Notes under the pieces: model-generated
Told to the model about the DNA's origin: nothing
Database searches by the model: none
The model's input: only the letters and a program-made list of their open reading frames with translations
Part shown: positions 1-5,104 of the stretch, one piece after another
How positions within the stretch are numbered: position 1 is the first letter of the stretch
Layout of the letters: every line of letters starts with the position of its first letter
Virus record (IMG/VR): IMGVR_UViG_2778261536_000007
Length of the DNA stretch: 8,910 bases
Strand: one strand, 5' to 3'
Origin: a virus
Taxonomy: Duplodnaviria; Heunggongvirae; Uroviricota; Caudoviricetes
Translations under genes and position numbers: made by a program

Positions 1-133
1 CATAACCTGAATCTGAGGCAGCACCTGGCACGGCTGGGACGGAAGTCGCTGTCGTTCTCAAAATCGGTGGAGCTGCATGACAAAGTCATCGGGCATTATC
101 TGAACATAAAACACTATCAATAAGTTGGAGTCA

Positions 134-481
134 TTACCCGCCGTGCGGCCTCAACACCCGAAAAGCTTCTTTAAATCTCTGTCGCAAATCATCACGCCAG
201 GCATCTTTATTCAGCCGTCCATATTTCTTTCCCATCCAGGCGTTATCACCAACACGCTCAAGATGCGGAGGGTCTAATACAACCATCGAAAAAGATGCGT
301 CTGCAAATGATAATGCACGAAAATCTGCGATAATGTCAGGGCTGATAATCAAGCGTCTCCCATTGCGTAATGTGTATCCTTCTTTTCTGATATCGCTGAA
401 TATCGCCCGTTTGTCAGACTTATCGAACCAGAACATGCGGCTGCCACAGCACATATCAAGAATGGTTGCCGGTGCACTCAC
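134..481 (-). CDS. SAM-dependent methyltransferase-like protein (115 aa), possibly an amino-methyltransferase fragment
   Basis: Translation carries a motif I-like ILDMCCGS, a DPPH tetrapeptide (motif IV of N6-adenine/N4-cytosine methyltransferases) and VLRPHGG. Ends at a double stop TAATGA with no room for a target-recognition domain. Probable GTG start at 481 overlapping the upstream stop (GTGA), AGGA about 9 nt upstream. Confidence 0.55.
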   Translation of the reverse strand: MSAPATILDMCCGSRMFWFDKSDKRAIFSDIRKEGYTLRNGRRLIISPDIIADFRALSFADASFSMVVLDPPHLERVGDNAWMGKKYGRLNKDAWRDDLRQRFKEAFRVLRPHGG

Positions 482-900
482 TGCGCCACGTCCTGAAAAT
501 TACCCTGATAGAAAGCCAGTATGCGCTGCATAACTTCGCTCTTCCGGCACTCGCGACAGATTATGTTTAGGCGACTGTCGTAGCGACGTATTTCTCCGTC
601 AGGTGATGACCAGATAAGGTCCGGATCAACCACAGCAGGTTTCTTCACCTTTGCCCTCGAGAGTTTTTTGCGGGCGTTTTGCCAGTCCTTACGCGCCTGT
701 TCAGAGGGGAATAACCCGTAGCCGGAGTTGTATACATCGCCACTGGCTACCAGCTCTCTGGCAAGAACGCTCATCAGATATCTAGTCGCACCTGTTTTAG
801 CTTCCAGTTGCCGTAACGTCTCACGGCCGCTCTGGCGCACGAGTTCCACCACCTGCCATTTAATTTTTTCCCGCTCTTCTTGTGTAAAAACTTTTGCCAC
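478..900 (-). CDS. Hypothetical phage protein (140 aa)
   Basis: Long ORF with GTG start preceded by a strong SD (AAGGGGGA, 3-4 nt spacer). Stop overlaps the start of the downstream methyltransferase-like ORF. No recognised catalytic motif. Confidence 0.5.
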   Translation of the reverse strand: MAKVFTQEEREKIKWQVVELVRQSGRETLRQLEAKTGATRYLMSVLARELVASGDVYNSGYGLFPSEQARKDWQNARKKLSRAKVKKPAVVDPDLIWSSPDGEIRRYDSRLNIICRECRKSEVMQRILAFYQGNFQDVAQ

Positions 901-940
901 AAGTCCCCCTTAAAATTACCTCATGACCTGAAATCAACAC

Positions 941-1906
941 TTATCCTCTGAAACCAGGCGGAATTTCTGTATCCGGTTCAGAAATATGATTAACACAACG
1001 CTGTACAGGTGAACGTCCCAGGCGGATGACCAGTTCGTCCCATTTTTCGCGGAGCTTTGACGGGCTCATGATGTTTTTTACCCAGAATGGATCTCGCTGA
1101 ACCCGACCAAACATTTCGCAAATTTGTCTGTGGCTTCTGCCATCCAGCATCCGCATTGTGCGCACGTCATTGGCCCAGGCAGTCCAGTTAGGCTCTTTTG
1201 GTCGCATGATCTCGCCATCATCACTGGCTGCCTGTTCGTAGAGACCCACGATCCGCCCCCAGATCCACTGCGCACACGCCAAATCCTCCCTGCTACCCCA
1301 CTGGCGTTTTTTCGCACTAAACACAACCGCGTCGGAGTTCCGGGTTAAAGAATCCTGTTCAGTCGTCTGCGGGTCCGGTTGCGAAGCTTCCGGACGAAAA
1401 GTGTTTTTATTCTCTGTAGTAATCTCTGTTGTATTCTCTGTAAGATCATCAGGCCATTTTGACCCGATGACATTGGGTCGTTTTGAACCAATGGAGCGTT
1501 TCATTTTGACCTCTTCCATCGTGTCATTTTGACCTGATGGAGCGGCGCATTTTGAACCGATGGATTCGCTCAATTTGCCACCATCTAAAAGCTCGCTCCC
1601 ATAGTTGATCGTGTAGAAATTGGTCATATCGCGCTTTGATTTATTGAGCTTTTCACAACGCAAAAGCCCCAGCGTTTTCAGACTTGCAAACGCGCGCTTT
1701 AACGTTGATTCTGACCAGAATGGGAACTGTTCAAGCCATTGTTCCGTTGTGTTATAAATCCAGCGAACACCATCACATTCCATGCCGGAGTTGGTATCTC
1801 TCAACCAGTAGTGCAGTTGTTGCAAAACAATGGCTTCGTTTAAGCCAATTTTCATTGCCAGCTGCGTGTTTATAACCAGTGGGCGTTCAGCAAAAAGAAG
1901 GCTCAT
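941..1906 (-). CDS. Phage replication initiator (lambda O-like role) with DnaT-like C-terminal tail
   Basis: First ATG at 1906 (the track's longer ORF to 1960 starts on TTG with no SD). Iterons sit inside the gene as in lambda O, giving a repeated SIGSK peptide. C-terminus ...SEPDTEIPPGFRG resembles the end of E. coli primosomal protein DnaT as I remember it. Confidence 0.7.
   Translation of the reverse strand: MSLLFAERPLVINTQLAMKIGLNEAIVLQQLHYWLRDTNSGMECDGVRWIYNTTEQWLEQFPFWSESTLKRAFASLKTLGLLRCEKLNKSKRDMTNFYTINYGSELLDGGKLSESIGSKCAAPSGQNDTMEEVKMKRSIGSKRPNVIGSKWPDDLTENTTEITTENKNTFRPEASQPDPQTTEQDSLTRNSDAVVFSAKKRQWGSREDLACAQWIWGRIVGLYEQAASDDGEIMRPKEPNWTAWANDVRTMRMLDGRSHRQICEMFGRVQRDPFWVKNIMSPSKLREKWDELVIRLGRSPVQRCVNHISEPDTEIPPGFRG
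1408..1442. repeat. Three tandem 12-bp AT-rich repeats (core TCTCTGT) flanking the iterons
   Basis: TCTCTGT recurs at 1411, 1423 and 1435, a 12-bp period, immediately next to the iteron block inside the replication gene. Confidence 0.6.
1455..1570. repeat. Putative replication origin: five direct iterons of ~23 bp (CATTTTGA[C/A]C + GATGGAGCG-like)
   Basis: Copies begin at 1455, 1479, 1502, 1525 and 1548 with 23-24 bp spacing, all inside the initiator gene. Confidence 0.7.
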
Positions 1907-2408
1907 AATTCCATCCAGCTTTTTGTTGGTATTGCTGTCGATACGCAAGCTTGAAAGCAATTGCTTTTTCTATAAGTTCGTCAGTTTCACGATCCACTAC
2001 GGCAGGATCAGCAAAAAGCAGTCCGGACTCCACCACATCGCCATATTCTTTGTTTAACCCGGCGATCATGCACGTGATGCTTTTTCCGTCAGTAATTTCA
2101 CGATACAACCTGAAATCACTAATCCGGATAGCCTCCATAATCGCAGGCACTAGCGCCGTGAACTTTTCACGCTTATCCCTGGTGTCGATAGCCTTCCAGC
2201 GTTCGAATATCTTCACTCGATTAACACCAAGCGCTCGCTGATCAACCGCGCCACCTTCATCTGTGACACGCTGAACATCGATGTTCGGGCGCTCTTTCAA
2301 AGCCCAGAATGCTTCAGTGATTAATATCGTCGCCTGCTCCTGTGTCATTCCTGGTCGACATATCCAGGCATCCAGAGCCTCACGAGCCTGTTCAGGAGTG
2401 ATTTTCAT
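1887..2408 (-). CDS. Hypothetical protein (173 aa) in the cII position downstream of cro-like dicC
   Basis: ATG start at 2408. Overlaps the dicC stop by 17 nt and the replication gene start by about 20 nt. Function unknown; slot corresponds to cII/YdaT-like regulators. Confidence 0.5.
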   Translation of the reverse strand: MKITPEQAREALDAWICRPGMTQEQATILITEAFWALKERPNIDVQRVTDEGGAVDQRALGVNRVKIFERWKAIDTRDKREKFTALVPAIMEAIRISDFRLYREITDGKSITCMIAGLNKEYGDVVESGLLFADPAVVDRETDELIEKAIAFKLAYRQQYQQKAGWNYEPSFC

Positions 2409-2619
2409 TGTTCAACCGCCCCGCCCGCTTCGTCTTACGATATTCATCATAAACTTTGGGATCATACTGAAGCTCCCCGCCAGATGCCTCCTGTAGACGC
2501 ATCGCGCGACCTTCAGGAACCAGTATCCCCCAAGCAGCAACACTTGCCAGCCTCACTCCTGCGGCATTGGCAAGCTTTGTTTTGCTGCCAAAAAAAGTAA
2601 TTGCGTCAACTTTAAGCAT
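2392..2619 (-). CDS. dicC: Cro-like HTH regulator DicC
   Basis: Small HTH protein (GSKTKLANAAGVRLASVAAWG) divergent from the repressor gene. ATG at 2619 follows a strong SD (AGAGGGGG, 5 nt spacer). An in-frame TTG at 2622 would give 76 aa. Confidence 0.75.
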   Translation of the reverse strand: MLKVDAITFFGSKTKLANAAGVRLASVAAWGILVPEGRAMRLQEASGGELQYDPKVYDEYRKTKRAGRLNNENHS

Positions 2620-2631
2620 CAAAGCCCCCTC

Positions 2632-2651
2632 TTGTTAGACTTTTCTAACAT
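2632..2651. promoter_or_regulatory. Operator palindrome TTGTTAGA-N4-TCTAACA in the dicC/dicA divergent promoter region (OR-like)
   Basis: Near-perfect inverted repeat in the 80-bp intergenic region. Same motif recurs at 3142-3163. A degenerate copy may lie at about 2684-2698. Confidence 0.65.
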
Positions 2652-2699
2652 TATTGTGCGCGGGATACCTAAGTCAAGAAAAATTAGAATTACCTAACT

Positions 2700-3107
2700 A
2701 TGGATACAAGAACCCTGGGCCAGCGAGTTCTGGCGCGACGAAAAGAATTACGCTTAACACAACGAGAAGCCGCGCGCCTCGCTGGAGTTGCTCACGTCAC
2801 AATTTCACAATGGGAAAGAGACGAAACCCAGCCAGTCGGAAAACGATTGTTTGCTTTAGCGGATGCTCTGAAGTGCTCACCTACATGGCTAATGTTTGGT
2901 GACGAAGACAAGGCACCAGTGCCTGCACAAGAACTTCATGTGGAAACAGAGCTAACTCCCAACCACAAAGAATTGATCGAATTATTCGATGCTCTTCCAT
3001 CTTCCGAGCAGGAAGCCTTGCTGTCTGAAATGCGCGCAAGAGTAGAAAACTTCAACAAACTCTTCGAAGAAATGCTTAAAGCGCGTAAAAATAAATCAAT
3101 AAAATAA
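2700..3107 (+). CDS. dicA: XRE-family HTH repressor DicA (cI-like, 135 aa)
   Basis: Classic HTH_3 domain (LTQREAARLAGVAHVTISQWE). 135 aa matches DicA. No SD upstream of the ATG; a TAGAAT -10-like hexamer at 2685-2690 suggests a leaderless transcript. Confidence 0.85.
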   Translation: MDTRTLGQRVLARRKELRLTQREAARLAGVAHVTISQWERDETQPVGKRLFALADALKCSPTWLMFGDEDKAPVPAQELHVETELTPNHKELIELFDALPSSEQEALLSEMRARVENFNKLFEEMLKARKNKSIK

Positions 3108-3141
3108 CATTCTTTTCAAGTGATTAGTTGCGCCCACCCTT

Positions 3142-3163
3142 TTTGTTAGATCAATCTAACAAA
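3142..3163. promoter_or_regulatory. Operator palindrome TTTGTTAGA-tcaa-TCTAACAAA upstream of the dicB operon (OL-like)
   Basis: Perfect 9-bp inverted repeat with 4-bp spacer, same motif as at 2632-2651, lying between the dicA stop and ydfA. Confidence 0.7.
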
Positions 3164-3169
3164 AAACAC

Positions 3170-3198
3170 TTGCCTCTCATGTTAGGTTATTCTAAATT
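3170..3198 (+). promoter_or_regulatory. Candidate sigma70 promoter of the dicB operon (-35 TTGCCT, 17-bp spacer, -10 TAAATT)
   Basis: Hexamers with 17-bp spacing just downstream of the operator; a degenerate operator half-site pair (TGTTAG...CTAAA, 3180-3196) overlaps the -10. Confidence 0.4.
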
Positions 3199-3275
3199 AT
3201 TTTCCATCAAGACACCGCACGGTGTTCTCAGCAAACAGTTCCGCTACCCCGGCGTTAAGGGGAAATGAGGTCAGC

Positions 3276-3431
3276 ATGGATACTATCGATCTTGGCAACA
3301 GCGAATCTCTGGTATGTGGCGTGTTCCCCAACCAGGACGGTACGTTCACCGCGATGACGTATACCAAAAGCAAAACGTTTAAAACCGAAAATGGTGCCCG
3401 TCGCTGGCTGGAAAGAAACCCAGGTGAGTGA
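3276..3431 (+). CDS. ydfA: Small acidic protein YdfA (51 aa)
   Basis: ATG at 3276 preceded by GAGG (5 nt spacer); the track ORF from 3222 starts on GTG with no SD. Size and position match first gene of the Qin dicB operon. Confidence 0.7.
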   Translation: MDTIDLGNSESLVCGVFPNQDGTFTAMTYTKSKTFKTENGARRWLERNPGE

Positions 3432-3432
3432 T

Positions 3433-3561
3433 ATGGATTTCGACACAATCATGGAAAAGGCTTACGAAGAATACTTCGAAGGTCTTGCCGACGGCGAAGA
3501 AGCTCTCAGCTTCAACGAATTTAAACAGGCGCTTTCCAGTTCGGCAAAATCTAACGGCTGA
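3433..3561 (+). CDS. ydfB: Small protein YdfB (42 aa)
   Basis: Not in the ORF track (too short). ATG at 3433 follows AGGTGA with 5 nt spacer. Upstream stop overlaps (TGAtATG). Translation MDFDTIMEKAYEEYFEGLADGEEALSFNEFKQALSSSAKSNG. Confidence 0.6.
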   Translation: MDFDTIMEKAYEEYFEGLADGEEALSFNEFKQALSSSAKSNG

Positions 3562-3590
3562 TAAGCGAAACAGCACCGCGAGGAATCAGT

Positions 3591-3809
3591 ATGCAGAAAC
3601 GAGAACCCGTCATCATCGCGCCAGACTATACCGATGATGAACTTTATGAGTGGATGCGCCAGAAAATTAATGCAGCGCAGGATTTGAAATGGGCCAATGA
3701 AACCAGGGCTAAGCAGGCTGAAAATCTGTCCGCTCTGGAGCAGGATATCACCAATCTGGAAAAAGCAGCGGCATTAAGCATTGCCAGAATGATTACATAC
3801 CCGCGTTAG
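3591..3809 (+). CDS. ydfC: Small protein YdfC (72 aa)
   Basis: ATG preceded by GAGGA with 6 nt spacer. Size and position match ydfC of the Qin dicB operon. Confidence 0.7.
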   Translation: MQKREPVIIAPDYTDDELYEWMRQKINAAQDLKWANETRAKQAENLSALEQDITNLEKAAALSIARMITYPR

Positions 3810-4149
3810 TAGCTAATCAACAAAGCTAAGGTTAGTAATTAAGGAGTTCTCCACGGGTGAGGTGGAGTGCGTGCGCCGGACACGGGTGAGCATCCGGCAC
3901 TGACAGTTTACTGAAAGGATATTTCCCTGAAAAGTCAGACCATAACGCGAAAGCGCACGGCGAGGTAGCTGGTTCATAGATAGCCTGTCGTTAAATTTTC
4001 GTCGACCGTGCGCTTCCGGTTGTGGCAACCCGCGAAATGGCGCGGCGGTAAGTATGGCGGGGTTATTCCTTCCCCGTTGAGGACACCGGGTTGTCAGGTT
4101 GACCATACGCTTAAGTGACAACCCCGCTGCAACGCCCTCTGTTATCAAT

Positions 4150-4202
4150 TTTCTGGTGACGTTTGGCGGTATCAGTTTTACTCCGTGACTGCTCTGCCGC
4201 CC
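4150..4202 (+). ncRNA. dicF: DicF small regulatory RNA (53 nt), processed from the dicB operon transcript
   Basis: Sequence TTTCTGGTGACGTTTGGCGGTATCAGTTTTACTCCGTGACTGCTCTGCCGCCC matches DicF as I remember it. It sits between ydfC and dicB with no protein-like ORF and ends in a GC-rich stem plus T-run. Confidence 0.7.
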
Positions 4203-4207
4203 TTTTT
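4165..4207 (+). terminator. Rho-independent terminator-like 3' end of DicF (GGCGG...CCGCC stem followed by TTTTT)
   Basis: GGCGG (4165-4169) can pair with CCGCC (4197-4201), directly followed by TTTTT (4203-4207). Read-through is needed to express dicB downstream. Confidence 0.45.
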
Positions 4208-4376
4208 AAAGTGAATTTTGTGATGTGGTGAATGCGGCTGAGCGCACGCGGAACAGTTAAAACCAAAAACAGTGTTATGGGTGGATTCTCTGTATCCGGC
4301 GTTAATTGTTAACTGGTTAACGTCACCTGGAGGCACCAGGCACTGCATCACAAAATTCATTGTTGAGGACGCGATA

Positions 4377-4565
4377 ATGAAAACGTTATTACCAAACGTT
4401 AATACGTCTGAAGGTTGTTTTGAAATTGGTGTCACTATCAGTAACCCAGTATTTACTGAAGATGCCATTAACAAGAGAAAACAAGAACGGGAGCTATTAA
4501 ATAAAATATGCATTGTTTCAATGCTGGCTCGTTTACGTCTGATGCCAAAAGGATGTGCACAATGA
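4377..4565 (+). CDS. dicB: Cell-division inhibitor DicB (62 aa)
   Basis: ATG at 4377 preceded by GAGGA with 7 nt spacer; the longer track ORF from 4272 has no start signal. Translation MKTLLPNVNTSEGCFEIGV... and 62-aa length match DicB. Confidence 0.8.
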   Translation: MKTLLPNVNTSEGCFEIGVTISNPVFTEDAINKRKQERELLNKICIVSMLARLRLMPKGCAQ

Positions 4566-4753
4566 ATTCAGCATTTGTGCTTGTTCTGACAGTTTTTCTT
4601 GTTTCCGGAGAGCCAGTTGATATTGCAGTCAGTGTGCACAGGACAATGCAGGAGTGTATGACTGCAGCAACCGAACAGAAAATTCCCGGTAACTGTTACC
4701 CGGTCGATAAAGTTATTCACCAGGATAATATCGAAATCCCGGCAGGTCTTTAA
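4562..4753 (+). CDS. ydfD: Small protein YdfD (63 aa) with N-terminal hydrophobic segment, lysis-associated
   Basis: ATG at 4562 overlaps the dicB stop (ATGA), AAGGA 8 nt upstream. N-terminal hydrophobic stretch AFVLVLTVFLV followed by a Cys-containing soluble part. Confidence 0.75.
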   Translation: MNSAFVLVLTVFLVSGEPVDIAVSVHRTMQECMTAATEQKIPGNCYPVDKVIHQDNIEIPAGL

Positions 4754-4846
4754 AACAGTTCCGTAATAAATATCCGGTTTCATTCTTATATGCCAGCAAT
4801 GGCAGGGATTTGTTCATCCTTAAATCTGTCATGAGGTTAAAACAAA

Positions 4847-5104
4847 ATGAGTAAAGTCTTTATTTGCGCCGCTATTCCTGACGAACTGGCAACAAGGGAA
4901 GAAGGCGCTGTGGCTGTAGCCACAGCCATTGAAGCTGGCGACGAACGCCGTGCTCGAGCAAAATTTCACTGGCAGTTCCTGGAACATTATCCGGCTGCTC
5001 AGGACTGCGCTTATAAATTTATTGTCTGCGAGGATAAACCTGGCATACCCCGCCCTGCCCTCGATTCATGGGATGCTGAATATGCAGGAAAACCGCTGGG
5101 ATGA
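4847..5104 (+). CDS. Hypothetical small protein (85 aa) preceding the exonuclease gene
   Basis: ATG with GAGG about 10 nt upstream. Its 3' end overlaps the beginning of the long exonuclease ORF in another frame. Confidence 0.55.
   Translation: MSKVFICAAIPDELATREEGAVAVATAIEAGDERRARAKFHWQFLEHYPAAQDCAYKFIVCEDKPGIPRPALDSWDAEYAGKPLG

Noticed and set aside
1-123. Plus-strand reading frame open to the window start, ending at a TAA at 121-123
   Set aside because: Only 40 codons are visible, with no start and no recognisable motif. It conflicts with a possible frame-shifted continuation of the methyltransferase on the other strand. Mentioned under findings but not called as a feature.
1455-1570. Possible CRISPR array suggested by regularly spaced direct repeats
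   Set aside because: Repeat units are about 23 bp and nearly abutting with no spacers of CRISPR size, only five copies, inside a coding gene and next to an AT-rich block. This is an iteron origin.
1078-2496. Nested ORFs inside the replication and cII-slot genes (1078-1326, 1124-1348, 1684-1875, 1830-2057, 1951-2241, 2281-2496), plus 2654-2902 inside dicA and 7703-8060 inside int
   Set aside because: Shadow ORFs of better-supported overlapping genes; no independent start signals or motifs.
3107-3141. Intrinsic terminator after dicA (GC-rich stretch followed by TTTTT at about 3136-3142)
   Set aside because: No convincing hairpin can be drawn upstream of the T-run; the T-run is part of the operator palindrome arm.
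3222-3275. N-terminal extensions of ydfA (from 3222), dicB (from 4272), ydfD (from 4508) and the replication gene (to 1960) in the ORF track
   Set aside because: Each extended start is a GTG or TTG codon with no ribosome-binding site, whereas an internal ATG with a good SD gives proteins of the sizes expected for the dicB operon.
3197-3576. Minus-strand ORFs antisense to ydfA/ydfB (3197-3448, 3255-3452, 3379-3576)
   Set aside because: Mutually overlapping, antisense to well-supported coupled genes, no start signals.
3428-3637. 69-aa plus-strand ORF overlapping ydfB in another frame
   Set aside because: Basic, low-complexity translation with no SD, where the 42-aa frame has AGGTGA at ideal spacing and stop/start coupling with ydfA.
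3813-4148. 111-aa minus-strand ORF across the region upstream of DicF
   Set aside because: Antisense to an operon that is otherwise all plus-strand; Arg-rich translation typical of a random frame in GC-rich non-coding DNA; no SD. The region is better explained as the structured DicF precursor.
3810-4149. Retron-like or riboswitch-like ncRNA in the structured stretch
   Set aside because: No reverse transcriptase gene nearby and no recognisable riboswitch core. The location immediately upstream of DicF fits a processed sRNA precursor.
4178-4513. 111-aa minus-strand ORF overlapping DicF and dicB
   Set aside because: Overlaps the DicF sRNA and the well-supported dicB CDS on the opposite strand; no start signal.
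4929-5072. 5' extension of the exonuclease ORF to 4929 (780-aa version)
   Set aside because: The first codon is TTG inside the upstream 85-aa gene with no SD; the first ATGs are at 5073 and 5082. Kept as an open question in findings.
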